A stretch of DNA of 64,000 nt from Mizuhopecten yessoensis (GCF_002113885.1 NW_018408623.1:369333-433332); one strand, 5' to 3'; counted from the stretch's first letter, positions 49,867 through 63,705 are shown. The notes: generated by a model not told the origin, from the sequence alone. Numbers and translations: made by a program.

Positions 49867-50734
49867 TAAATGAAAGGTACATCTTCAAGGTTTCCTTACA
49901 TCAACGAGCTCTGGCAAAACTTTGTGTTGAAATCTCAAAAGACGTGAGTGTTTCAGAATATAAACACGTACATTGTATCACGTGCTTTGTCATGTTGAAT
50001 TTGAGGTTTTATCTTAGCACGAGAAACGCGAAAATGACACTGCAGATGAAATCATATTTCATGTACTACCAAAATGTCTGTGAAAGATTTACTGTTTGTG
50101 ATATTGTTGATCTCTTCATTATTTATTTTCACAGTAATTTAATGACGATATTTTGAAATCGCTTTATAAACAATACAAGTTGTTTTTATATATATTTGAT
50201 AATTGAAAATAATAAATAATCATGTGAAGTATGTAAGTGAAGAAATGATAAGATAGAACGACAGACTTAAAACTAGCAGCTGTCACCCATCAAACTGATC
50301 TTCAGAAACAAACTTAAAGAGCCCTGTGAAGGGTGAAAGCTACTAGTGCTTTGTTGGTCGTTATATCTTAATTTCTGTATTTAATAATGTGTCCCGATAT
50401 AATTAAAAAAACACGAAGAACTTTGCACTTGTAAATGTAATTAAGAACAGGAGATTCGAGCACTTTATGTATTTGGACGACTTCCTCAGGAGGTGAAAGT
50501 CCAGGTGAACTACTGGTGCTCAAATACTATTTCTTGTAAAGAGAACGTATATGAACTTCACGTTTATCGATATTATTGATATATATGTATGTTAATACGA
50601 TACATATATATTTACCATCGCATGGGGCTAACTAATGGCCATCAGGATTAATATCAAATATTGTTTCTATACATCACTAAGATGTTAAGGGACAAAAGGT
50701 TTAATAAAATTATACCAATTTTATCAGATACACT

Positions 50735-50790
50735 TGTTTTGTTGTTGTTTTGTTTGTTTTTGTTGTTGTTGTTGTTGTTCATGTTGTTGT
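50735..50790. repeat. (GTT)n microsatellite near the duplication junction
   Basis: gttgttgtt run; explains the poly-Val ORF at 50750. Confidence 0.9.
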
Positions 50791-51560
50791 TGTTGTTGTT
50801 TTTCTATATACGATCATTGGTAGTGTGAAAGCACTGTATCTGTCGTCATCATGCTACAGTGTTTATTTAAGATTCAGTGTGTTGTCATGGACATCTCGTG
50901 CAACACGTTTTGTTCGGTATGAAAGGGAAGAGAATATTTACTTTGAGTTTTGAATTTGTGATGTACCTTAGTGATAAATATCTCATTTTTACGCACAGAT
51001 AATCGCTCAACCTTACACGTCATATACAACCTCAAACACAATTTCAAAATATTAAAAAAGGATCAATATATGGAGGATAGAAAATCAAGGTCATCATGTC
51101 AGTTGTAAATATTCGGTATAATAAAATTCTTATACTAAAACAAAACGCTCTTCAGTAATTAATTTCGATCGTAAACCACTTATATTTTCCTGATAAGACT
51201 AATAAATGTGTTAAAGACAGGTTTGGAGTTCAACACATTTTTATTGTCAACACGCGGGTATTAAATGACTTTGGAAATGGCTCTTCATTTTATATACAAG
51301 AACGGAACTTCTTCTACAAGCTCTGACCAGTACACATTTCTCGGTATGCACCATTGCCGTGCTGCTATGTCAAGAGCCAGCGAATAAGTAGTCAACAGTC
51401 GACTTTGTATACCCGTTAGGTCGGTTGAGTAATTTAGGGCAATACACACTAGTATACCTATAACATGTGGTTTTTCTATTGTTGCGATCTGGAGTTGTCA
51501 TAACGAGTAAGAAAATACAATCTTGTTGGCAGAGATTGAAGAGGATCCGATGTTGTGAAT

Positions 51561-51574
51561 ATGGCATCGGGAAG
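51561..51574 (+). CDS. receptor B exon 1 (MASG-R)
   Basis: ATG GCA TCG GGA AG|gtaata. Confidence 0.65.
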
Positions 51575-51974
51575 GTAATAAGCATGTACCATTTTGTGAT
51601 AATTTATGTATTGCAGTATTGATATTAATGTGCTTGCGTTAAGATTTAATTTACTCATATAATGTCATAATATTAGGGTCCTAACTAGTTTCTATATAAA
51701 GGTGTAAATTGCATGACGTACTTTACCATATCAATATAGATGGATGAATTATCAGATTTTTCTTAAAACTGAAAATATATCAAAGTCATGGGTTGGCATG
51801 AATAACGTTATCAATTATTGAAGCATATATGTGTATTGCGCAACAATACAAATCTAGTCATGCATGAAGTATGTTTAGTCAATGTTAAACCCTATTCAAG
51901 GTAAACTATCAATATACAATATACAATGAGCAACATGACAATGAAGTGCATTTGCTATATATACATATCAGCAT

Positions 51975-54900
51975 GTCTAAGAGGGAGCGTTATCTCTATT
52001 AAGATACCAATATTACAACGATAAAATGTTAGCGCTATTTAGATTCAAACATTACCACGAGGGAGTGTTTGCTCTATTTATATACTAGCATGACATGAGG
52101 ACACGATACCTCTATTTAGATATATGAACGTAACGTACAAAGTTGTGATAGAACCTTTAAAATTTAGTTATAGAAAAAGTATGCCAATATCACATATCAA
52201 CATAACCATTAAGGACTGTAAGCTCTATTCACATATCAACATAACCATTAAGGACAGTAAACTCTATCCACATATCAACATAACCATTAAGGACTGTAAG
52301 CTCTATTCACATATCAACATAACCATGAGGGACCGTTAGCTTTATTTATGTATCAACATAACCATGAGAGACCGTTAGCTTTATTTACATATCAACATAA
52401 CCATGAGGGACTGTTAGATATATTTACATATCAACATAACCATGAGGGACCGTTAGCTTAATTTGTATATCATCATAACCATTGAGGACCGTAAGCTCTA
52501 TTTACATATCAACATAACCATGAGGGACCGTTAGCTTTATTTATGTATCAACATAACCATGAGAGACCGTTAGCTTTATTTACATATCAACATAACCATG
52601 AGGGACTGTTAGATATATTTACATATTAACATAACCATGAGGGACCGTTAGCTTTATTTATATATCGACATAACCATGTGGGACCGTTAGCTTTAGCTAT
52701 ATATCAACAGAACCACGAGGGACCGTAAGCTTTATTTAGATATCGACATAACCATGAAGGATCGTTAGCTTTATTTACATATCAACATAACCATGAGGGA
52801 CTGTTAACCTTATTTACATATCAACATAACCATGAGGGACCGTTAGCTTTATTTATGTATCAACATAACCATGAGGGACCGTTAGCCCTATTTACATATC
52901 AACATAACCATGAGGGACTGTTAGATATATTTACATATCAACATAACCATGAGGGACCGTTAGCTCAATTTGTATATCATCATAACCAGTGAGGACCGTG
53001 AGCTCAATTTATATATCAACACAACCGTGAGGGACCGTTAACTTTTTTTATATACCAACATAACCATGAGGGACCATTAGCTTTATTTATACATCAACAT
53101 AACCATGAGGGACCATTAGCTTTATTAATATATCAACATAACAATGAGGGACCGTTAACTTTATTTATCTATCAACATAACCATGAGGGACCGTTAACTT
53201 TATTTATATCAACATAACCATGAGGGACTGTTAACCTTATTTACATATCAACATAACCATGAGGGACCGTTAACTTTATTTATATATCACCATAACCACG
53301 AGGGACTGTTAGCTTTATTTATATATCAACATAACCATGAGGGACCGTTAACTTTATTAACATATCAACATAACCATGAGGGACCGTTAACTTTATTTAT
53401 ATATCAACATAACCATGAGGGACCGTTAGCTCTATTTATATATCAACATAGCCATGAGGGACCGTTAGCTCTATTTATATATCAACATAACCATGAGGGA
53501 CCGTTAGCTCAATTTGTATATCATCATAACCATTGAGGACCGTAAGCTCTATTTATATATCAACACAACCGTGAGGGACCGTTAACTTTTTTTATATATC
53601 AACATAACCATGAGGTACCGTTAACTTTATTTATATATCAGCATAAACATGAGGGACCGTTAACTTTATTTATATATCAACATAACCATGAGGGACCGTT
53701 AGCTCTATTTATATATCAACATAGCCATGAGGGACCGTTAGCTCTATTTATATATCAACATAACCATGTGGGACCATTAACTTTATTTATATATCAACAT
53801 AACCATGAGGGACCGTTAACTTTATTTATATATCAACATAACCATGAGGGACCGTTAACTTTATTTATATATCAACATAACCATGAGGGACCGTTAACTT
53901 TATTTATATATCAACATAACCATGAGGGACCGTTAACTTTATTTATATATCAACATAACCATGAGGGACCGTTAACTTTATTTATATATCAACATAACCA
54001 TGAGGGACCGTTAACTTTATTTATATATCAACATAACCATGAGGGACCGTTAACTTTATTTATATATCAACATAACCATGAGGGACCGTTAACTTTATTT
54101 ATATATCAACATAACCATGAGGGACCGTTAACTTTATTTATATATCAACATAACCATGAGGGACCGTTAACTTTATTTATATATCAACATAACCATGAGG
54201 GACTGTTTACTTTATTTATATATCAACATAACCATGTGTGACCATTAACTTTATTTATATATCAACATAACCATGAGGGACTGTTAGCTCTATTTATATA
54301 TCAACATAGCCATGAGGGACCATTAGCTTTATTTATATATCAACATAACCATGTGGGACCATTAACTTTATTTATATATCAACATAACCATGAGGGACCG
54401 TTAACTTTATTCATATATCAACATAACCATGAGGGACTGTTAGCTCTATTTATATATCAACATAACCATGAGGAACCGTTAACTTTATTTATATATCAAC
54501 ATACCCATGAGGGACTGTTTACTTTATTTATATATCAACATAACCATGAGGGACTGTTAGCTCTATTTATATATCAACATAACCATGAGGAACCGTTAAC
54601 TTTATTTATATATCAACATAACCATGAGGGACCGTTAACTCTATTTATATATCAACATAACCATGAGGGACCGTTAACTTTATTTATATATCAACATAAC
54701 CATAGGGGCCGTTAACTTTATTTATATATCAACATAACCATGTGGGACCATTAACTCTATTTATATATCAACATAACCATGAGGGACCGTTAACTTTATT
54801 TATATATCAACATAACCATGAGGGACCGTTAGCTCTATTTATATATCAACATAACCATGAGGGACCATTAGCTTTATTAATATATCAACATAACCATGAG

Positions 54901-55318
54901 GGACTGTTTACTTTATTTATCTATCAACATAACCATGAGGGCCGTTAACTTTATTTATATATCAACATAACCACGAGGGACCTTTTACTTTATTTATCTT
55001 TCAACATAACCATGAGGGACCATTAGCTTTATTTATACATCAACATAACCATGAGGGACCGTTAACTTTATTTACATATCATCTTAACCATGAAGGACCT
55101 TTCACTTTATTTACATATCAACAATATCATGACGGAGAGTAAACTTTATTTATATATTAACATTACTATGAGGGATTATTATGATATCAACATTATCATG
55201 TAGAAGAGGGAGAGTTATTTACATATCAACAATACCGTGACGGACTGTAAGCTCTATTTACATATCAGAGCTACCATGAGGGACTGTTAGCCTTATTCTA
55301 ATTTCAACATAACCATGA
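51975..55318. repeat. 39-bp minisatellite, copy B
   Basis: Unit tatcaacataaccatgagggaccgttaactttatttata; explains the YQHNHEGPLTLFI ORFs. Confidence 0.96.
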
Positions 55319-55449
55319 TGCTTGATCGACTCAATTGTATATATTTTATTCAAATTAAGCAAGTATGCCTGGTACAACTCTAATAAAGCATTGTCTACGT
55401 CAATTAAGTCAGGGTAGCATTTACATTGTGTCCCTCAATTTTTTGTTTT

Positions 55450-56110
55450 TCTTTTATCAGTACTTTTGGCTTTTTCCCTATATACACTCCCTCATACCAC
55501 ACTACAGGAACGCCTTCGTTCTCTTGTTACGGGAGGTTTTCCACCAATAAAGGTGAACGTCATTATAAATAAACAATTTTTGTAGGAGATCTTGTGAGAA
55601 GAACAAGGAATATCAGAATGAATTAATTCCAGGAGAAATATTTTACAATGGTTAACAATATATCTTGGCTGAGTTTGATGGTAAGATTTCCACTGTACAC
55701 ATTCATAAACTGTGCCCTTATTCTTGCTGATTTGTTTTTTGTTTTCCTATGAGGCTATCGAACTATATTGTCTCTTCTACTTCAGGCGCTTATTGTGATT
55801 TTCAATTTCTTGACAAGCAGAAACAGCCTACTATTAAGCTGTACGATAAGCGGGGTGATGGTAATTTTCCTTTCGTGAACGTTTCCTTTCTTGATAGTAA
55901 CATCCATGATTCCCGAACCTACGGTGTTTAAATGTTGCAGTGTATACGCCATTCACAAGCTTCATCTAAATATCATGATTTACGTGATATATGTTGACTG
56001 CTGGCGGACAAATATACAAGGCGGGATTTACAAATATGCACGTTGATGATACTATACATAATTGCATGGTCACCATCACGATCTCATTGGGATTTATGAT
56101 ATATCTTTGT
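55450..56110 (+). mobile_element. decayed Penelope-like RT relic (copy B)
   Basis: NCALILADLF, KLYDKRGDGNFPFVNVSFLDSNI, YGV. Confidence 0.75.
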
Positions 56111-57829
56111 GTGTCTTAACCTCCTAAGTTTCAGAAAAAAATGTTTTTGCGAGAAGGCATACACCATATTTAGGATAAAAATAAACGTAATGCTGATGTT
56201 GTATAAAACCTAGTATATAACTACTGATGATTATTTTGATACTAATAGAGTCTTATCTGTTAAATGGTAGAAATACTTTTTCATGAAATATGAAGGAGTG
56301 TTTTGTGCGATGTTATAAACTGGATTAATACACAAATTAACAATTTGTTCTTCCCCAATTTGGGAGCACTGTACTGAAAATATCTGTTGGACTTGTAGCA
56401 TAACACATGCTAAACTGAAATGTTTAACCAAATCTTACCGTACAAAATGTAATGCTTAACAAAGAAACAGTTAGCTGTTAAGCCTTTTTTAAACATAGCC
56501 TGAGACACTCGTTTTACGATCCTTTACGCTATTTAATGGAAACCTCACGCGATTGTGCAAAATAATCAGTTATTAGTATCCAAATTATGTTTAAATCACG
56601 AAACAATTAACCATTTATAGACAACCTCTATCACAGAGGCAGACCAACTACAAAGCATATCAATGTCTTATCTTTATAGGTTGATCACATGTCAGCCTAT
56701 AAAATAATGAATTCAAAATGGCATGTTTCTTTATCGATGCGGAAATCGAGACAGAGAAACATGAGACCAACATTTACATACGAAGCAGAATGCTTTGTTC
56801 AATTTTCAGAGAAATTCATAATTAATAAGAGATTTCTAACTTAGACCTTGTGTCGTTCAGTAGGGCTAAAGTAGGACGCCTACCTAACCCCGGAAAAACC
56901 AAAAAGGGATAAATCGCATGCTGTTGCAGATATTTGTTGGGCTTTACAATTGTATTAACACAGAGATGTCAGCAATTGACTTATTGGGATAAAATATGTA
57001 ATCTTTAAATATGGAAATTGATATTCCCACACGCCCTGCAGGTTAGTACAAATTTTATTCCGGTACACGTGTACTGAAACTCAACATACGCAAAACTAGG
57101 CATGCTTTGACTTGATACATAAGAGTACTTATTTATATGTTATCGTGGTGTAGTTAACTGTTAAATTATATTTATTTGCACGCAATCAGTGTAACCTTAT
57201 ATTGTAGACAAAATGCCAACCAAATTTGTCTTAAGAATCGTGTTGATAAAAGGGTGTTGCATTTATTATGTGTATATAAGTATATATCAGGCGATATTTA
57301 AAGTGCTTGTGTACCCAAAAAACAACACTGATGTTCTAGAGCAGAAATAACAATTGTATGAAGCATTTTAGCAACCATATGTAGAAACTTTTTAGCGAAT
57401 TTTGAGACGCCTTCAATAACATCAAGGGGACAATGAAATGAGCAACACCAATTTTACCAGTAAAACATGCGAAACATCCACTAATTTCATTAAGAGTATA
57501 TATAACATCATCGATTGGTACTATGCTTGAATTTATAAAAAAAATGCCTGGGAAGGGGAGGGCACCAATTATCACCCTTATGCCCAATTATCCATAAAAC
57601 TTGGGCAAAATATGATTAAGGAAAGATTAGCATGGACACCATGACCTTTACCAAGGGTTGCGTCGAATCTACAGGTAATTTGTTCCAAGCAAATTCCCTA
57701 AAATGTCATTTTGAACGGGTTTCTTCTTTTGCGCTTTTGAGAGCTGACCAATGCCATTGGAATGTATGCATATAAGCAATTGTACTCTAGAACGATATGC
57801 CAACTTTTATGTAAACTAGATTGGTGATT

Positions 57830-57888
57830 GTCGATTACTGGACTACAAATTGTGCTTCTAGCGCTTTAATCAACTGAACTACCTGGTC
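57830..57888 (-). mobile_element. tRNA-derived SINE head relic
   Basis: Minus strand gaccaggtagttcagttgattaaagcg, similar to the heads at 47362 and 63340. Confidence 0.45.
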
Positions 57889-59971
57889 GACAGACATGAA
57901 CTGACTCCAATATATAAGTTATATTCAAAAGGAAATAAAGGCGAGGTCACTGCATGTACATACCATCACAGTGCAGTAATAGGAAGAGAACATTTAATAG
58001 GTTTCCTTCGTGTGACGTCACAGATCAAATGGTATTTTTGGTATACAGTACTTATAAGGAAAGTGATATTTTTTCTATGTTATTGGATTTATCAATTTGT
58101 CTGTAAATACCTAAAGTGAGGATAAACAAAATTGTAACTGCTTTTACTATTTTGTTGACATTTGAACGATATAATTACTTCCAGCATGTTTTCTTATCTG
58201 AGAAGCTTTCAAATACACAAATAACTTAATAATTTTCGAAAAAATCTAAAATATTTTAATTTCAATGAAATACGAAATGATTAAGTTATTCACCTCTGTC
58301 TCCAAAACGATTTTAAAGGTACTTTTATGTTTCTTTTAAATCCATAAGGCAAATTTGTTACCGCTCCAGGTTAATTCACTGGAGGATTCATGTGTTTAAT
58401 ATAGCCTACTCCGATAAAATTATCTGGTAGTCATGTGTTTTAATTGACTTTTTCTGCTCTGCTCCTTAAACAATATTTTAAAGAATATTAAAAAAAGATG
58501 TTTCGCGTATAACTGATCGAGGGGCCTATCTTAAATAATAATTGTAGATAAAAATGCAATGTTAAGACACTATTTTTGGACAGCATTATACGTGTATCGA
58601 AACAGTCATTCACAAACCTAAATAAATATCATGCGATCGAAAAGCAAAGCTTTGTAATTTATGAAATTGACCAAAGTAAGACTTGGTTTAAAATTCATTA
58701 TTCATTATGGATCCAATTTCCGAAATGTCCAGATTAGACTGTTTATGCTACATGTATAATACAACAATAACAAAATTCAAAATTACAGCTCTTAGAAACT
58801 TTGATTACAAATAATTATAGTATTCAAATAAATATTTACATAACGTCCTGCAAATACTTGTTTTTTCAAGTGTGATAACTCACTCGTTCCTCATCTGATA
58901 AATTAATACGTAGGTAGAACTAGGGACTTGTTTGGACGTGTTTGGCGAATGTTGTTTGTAAACCCTATACCAGGTATAATAATACTGTATAGTTTGGAAT
59001 TTTCGCGGGAGATTATTTTTGCTATTTCGCAGTCACTAACGAACTAGTGCTGACGTCATTAGTATCCATTAATTCTACTGAAATTATTCTAAAAACAAAA
59101 TAAAAAAAATTGCTGCGGTGAACCTCCATATTTAAATAGAGGAAAAGTACATCTTTCTCGATTTTTTTTTTCAATGAATAAAATATCCATACCACCACAG
59201 TACAACATAAAACATATGATTTAACCCCCGATTTGACTAAGATTGAAACTGGATTTTTTAAAAATTATTTTTAGACCCAATTATGGTAAGTAGCATATTG
59301 CCATACTGTGGATATGCTTTAAGGAAATCTTTCATAATCATTATAAGTATACCCCTCCTCTCATAATACTAAACACGAGAAATGCTTTATTAATAAATAA
59401 GAGACATTGGCCTACATATTTGGATCGAGCAATGTCGTTAATAAGTAAATGAGTGAGAGAAGACATGGTTTTGTACCTAGTCATTCGTATGTGATTATAG
59501 TGGGCAGCGAAAAACCTAGTAGTCTGTGTGACTTCAGGTGTATGATTGTAATTGCAGTGTTACGGCTGTGTCATATTGAAATGTTTGAAGATTTAAGTAA
59601 GTATATAATTGTCTACGAAGATCGCCTGCTCACGATGAACTACACATACAACGACAAATTTAATCATATCCAGTTTATAAAATAGTAGCCAATTACTAAC
59701 AAGTATCAAATTCATTTTGCAGGAGATGCAGTTACTCACAGAATGGACGTCACGGATGACTGAACAGCTCATGCGTCGATGGTTTCAATGATATCATTGA
59801 ATTGGCGTACACAGTAATGTATGACTGTAACTGGTCGATGCTCAAATTAAACAAGGGGCAAAAGTGTATCATCACAGCCCATCACATACACTTTGCATCT
59901 GAACGAACCACTGCTAGTGAAAGTATTAAATGTGCGCACGTAGTAATTGTATGCAATATTTTTCTTTACAG

Positions 59972-60039
59972 AATGTTAGTGATTGGTTTCTGGATGTGTC
60001 TGGTAACATTCACTGTTCATGGTGACACAAGGCACTTCA
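59972..60039 (+). CDS. receptor B exon 2 (MLVIGFWMCLVTFTVHG-DTRHF)
   Basis: tttacag|A ... A|gtaagt; 68 nt. Confidence 0.75.
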
Positions 60040-61156
60040 GTAAGTATGTTTCATATGATAAAATTCCTTAAATTTGAAGGGATTTAATTACAAATTTATG
60101 TTGTTTAATTTTACATGTCATCGTGGTCAATCGCAATTTTGTATACTTATGAATCAATATCAATGATGTCAGCATATCACAAAGCAGTTACTATACCCTA
60201 TCTAATGTCGATAAAATACTGTATACCAGTAATCGTCCAAAGGTACCGTAAACAATGTACTGTCCATTTGCTCAGTTACCTTCATTCAATTACCTTACAG
60301 CTTTTACATTCCTACACTTCATATTCGTGAATTCCTAATATTGCGATAAGAATTCCGATGATTTACTTTCGAGGATTTAATTCGTCAAATGAACAGTATC
60401 CTATATCCTGTTGCTTAAATATGCTCAAACCATAATATATTTCCCGAAATTAAAGCGATCTTTCTAATATGTTAAAATTGAACCAGGAAACAAATAAAAA
60501 CTTCAATTCAGTCAGTTAATTTTTTGTCATCAATGAAGATTTATAATTAGTTTTATCAACCACGCTTATCAATAGATCTTCTCACCTGAAAACCGTCCTG
60601 ACGTTTTGTAAGACATAATTAAATTAAATTATCACCATTCCCTTCCTAGTAATAACGAGAGACAGAGGACAATACTGGCAATTAAAACAAGAATATTGGG
60701 CATGATAAGATAGAATATAAAAAGTATTCCATTTGCCAATACATCAGGGAAAATAACCTTGAGGTTTGATTGTATATGAAAACATTGAGAGACAAAGATT
60801 TCCATTTTCAGGATGGAACACCACCTTGAATAACAGTGGTATATACTTTCATGTCTGAAATGTACACAAGAACTGAGGCATTGATAAGGTTTGGTGTGCT
60901 GTTATGTAGTTAAGTATTGTTAAATTAAGAAGATTTTTTCATAAGAGATATTATACTAGTTCGAGTAAACGACATGTCGCCACATAGACTAGACTTGTTG
61001 GCGTGTCATTGTCCAATGAATAGAGATTCTTGTTTCATTGGTATTCATATCTTCATAATGCATAATTTGCAAGTAATGTAGCTCAAGTAGCAACATGTCA
61101 GTGGTCTAATGTAGGCCTAGGAAAATACAGTTGATGATAATATCATTTTAATCGAG

Positions 61157-61858
61157 AAACATTGATACCTATACTCATTTTATTGTTATTTGGCCAGATG
61201 GGATAACGTTGAAACCTATAATCATTTATTATAATTTTGACAGATGGGAGCGTTGATACCTGTTATCATTTTGTGTTATTTTGACAGATTGGATAGAGTT
61301 GATACCTGTTATCATTTTGTATTATTTTGACAGATGGATAGAGTTTATACCTGTTATCATTGTATGCTATTTTGCAAGATGGGATAACGTTGAAACCTAC
61401 TATCATTTTATGCTATTTTGCCAGATGGGATAACGTTGAAACCTACTATCATTTTATGCTATTTTGCCAGATAGGATAGAGTTTATACCTGTTATCATTT
61501 TGTGTTATTTTGACAGGTGGGAAAGCGTTGATATCTTTTGTATCATATTATAGTATTTTGACAGATGAGATAGCGTTGATACCTATTATCATTTATTATT
61601 TTGTTGACAGATCAGATAGAGTTTATACCTGTTATCATTTTGTGTTATTTTGACAGATGGGAAAACGTTGAACCCTAATATCAGTTTCTTATATTTTTAC
61701 AAATAGGATAGCGTTGATACCTGTTAAAATGTTATATTATTTTGCTGGATGGAATAGCGTGGGAACCAGTTATCATTTTATATCATGTTGACAGTCGGAT
61801 AATGTTGATACCTATTATAATTTTATAACATTTTAACAGATAGGATAACGACGATACA
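61157..61858. repeat. ~44-bp acceptor-derived minisatellite (copy B, ~16 units)
   Basis: ttttgacag|atgggata(a/g)cgttgatacctgttatca repeated up to the modelled acceptor at 61839. Confidence 0.9.
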
Positions 61859-62069
61859 GTTTTGCAGCTGTTGGAATGCCAGTATTACCCGGACTGGGAA
61901 CGATTTATATGTAGATATATCCTTCTTTAAAAATTGCTGGGAATCACCATTGAAAAATCCTGGAGGTTTTCAAATCATCCCTTACGAAAGTACCATGTTA
62001 TTCAAGATTGGCGTTAAAGAATCCCTACGGAAGATGTTAAGGGTGAAAGAGTTAAAGTGCCAGCTAAAT
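61840..62069 (+). CDS. receptor B exon 3
   Basis: ttaacag|AT ... AAT|gtaagt; 230 nt, open. Confidence 0.75.
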
Positions 62070-62457
62070 GTAAGTCATACATTCATTTCTCTCCGGCAAA
62101 TCGTCGTATTTTGTAGATTCATAAGCGTATTAAAATAAAAACTATTTATTTGCGATCTTCGTATTACCATGTTTATTCAACGCAATAGAGTAGAATCTGA
62201 GAGCTGAGATCATGACAAATTCTCGTGATTTAATTGTGACGTTATTTGATGCGTCATTGATATCAAATATACAAAACTTACATGCTTATCACTTGCAGGT
62301 GTAATAAAAAGAAAATGTCTTCTTATACTAGCCTTTGTCACTAAAACAATAGTAAATGCTAATTGAAATATATTCGGGTCCTTTTCCATAATTTCTAAAT
62401 AGCTGTTTCTATTTGTATTTATGCATATACTCTATAATGTTCTATATATGTTCACAG

Positions 62458-62505
62458 AAAGGTTGTTTTACTATTATTTCTATGGTGAGCGACACAAGTT
62501 TGGAA
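62458..62505 (+). CDS. receptor B exon 4 (KGCFTIISMVSDTSLE)
   Basis: ttcacag|AAA ... GAA|gtaagt; 48 nt. Confidence 0.72.
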
Positions 62506-62543
62506 GTAAGTAATATGTGTTCTAGAGAAGAATATTGATAAAT

Positions 62544-62996
62544 AAATAAATAAATATATAACATTTGATGTAGAGCCCTATCTCGCTAACATAAGCCACT
62601 CTAAAGCGCGTTACAGTACATAAATATACAGTTAATACAATTAGCATATATATATTAATCAATACAATATTGAGGAATTCGCAGGAGCTGCCTTATCAGG
62701 CGCTAACTACTAGTCCTATGCCACCTGGCTAACATCTCCCTATGTGTGTATGCCTGTGTGTATGCTGGAGATTATTGTGTTGTGTTTGTAGTGGGACCGT
62801 GCTTCCAACGGTTACATTTATAGTGCCACCTCACTTGAATGCTACAGCACAGATACCGCAACACCCACCCCAGACCATTTTATACTCCACCTGGGTTGTT
62901 GGAGGTGCGTACGGCGACTTCGGGGATCGAACCTCGGCCGCCGGCTTGGAAGGCCGGAGTGTTAACCACTCGACCAATCCGCCCATAAAGAAAAAT
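62544..62996 (-). mobile_element. full-length tRNA(Gly)-derived SINE, specific to copy B
   Basis: Head GGCGGATTGGTCGAGTGGTTAACACTCCGGCCTTCCAAGCCGG...GGTTCGATCCC (A and B boxes, TCC anticodon loop); L2-like tail tgtaacgcgctttagag...(ttta)n; empty site in copy A at ~47100 (gataaat|ggtg). Confidence 0.88.
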
Positions 62997-63339
62997 GGTG
63001 TTTTGTTTATAAATGTGAAAATGTGGAATTTCAAGAACTGTCTGTAGCATTTCAAAATTCAAATTTCTATATTAAAATGACTCGACAGATTTTTTTTTAT
63101 AGGGAATAGCAGATGAATTAACGCCATTTGTTTATATATATTTTAAATGCCCATCGTATTGGTACAAAGTGATATCGCCTACTTCGTCGTCTACTTAGAA
63201 AGCAGGGAAAACTTTATTTTCTTTATTCTGCCAAAGTTAAGGATCCCTGTCTCACTGAGATTTTTTGTATATACAGTTACCTCCCCTTAATTCCGTGTTT
63301 GATATAACTGTAGCACAGTTGGGGACGCACACACCCTTT

Positions 63340-63411
63340 GACCAGGAAGCTCAGTGGATTCAAGCGATCGCCTAACATTGTGAAGTCAAAGGTTCGAATC
63401 CTGGTCCAGTC
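63340..63411 (+). mobile_element. tRNA-derived SINE head relic (copy B)
   Basis: gaagctcagtgg ... ggttcgaatcc; paralogue of 47362-47432. Confidence 0.6.
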
Positions 63412-63705
63412 CTGGTGTATAATTCCAATCACTATTGATTCATCGTTTTCCCTTTCCCTCCTTTGTTTCATGAATTGCCGCAAGTTAAGGTTTTCAGAAG
63501 TTATTATCAAAGCTTTAGTCATGCCGGCAAAATCAGATTATTGGCAGTAGTAGTAAGGGGATCATTATAACGAAATGTTCATAGTATTATGGTCTTCTTA
63601 TGAACCTTCATTTCCATTACTTCTATTTGTGTAGACATTATAGTCATTTAGGCTAAACAGTATGCAAATGAAATTTGACACTGCTTATTTTCTCTGATTT
63701 TACAG

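Larger units (their letters stand above)
35243..50970 (+). repeat. tandem segmental duplication, copy A (~15.7 kb)
   Basis: 35243-47943 is colinear with 50972-64000 (promoter, exons, introns, minisatellites, RT relic); boundary approximate. Confidence 0.92.

Noticed and set aside
50312-50362. Hammerhead-like string cttaaaga-gccc tgtgaa gggt-gaaa
   Set aside because: Core is not CUGANGA and stems I and III do not pair convincingly.
53768-54948. YQHNHEGPLTLFI repeat ORFs
   Set aside because: Translation of a 39-bp intronic minisatellite; not conserved in the paralogous array.
62912-62984. Functional tRNA-Gly(TCC) gene
   Set aside because: Mismatches in acceptor and T stems; continues into a SINE body and tail; absent from the paralogous site.
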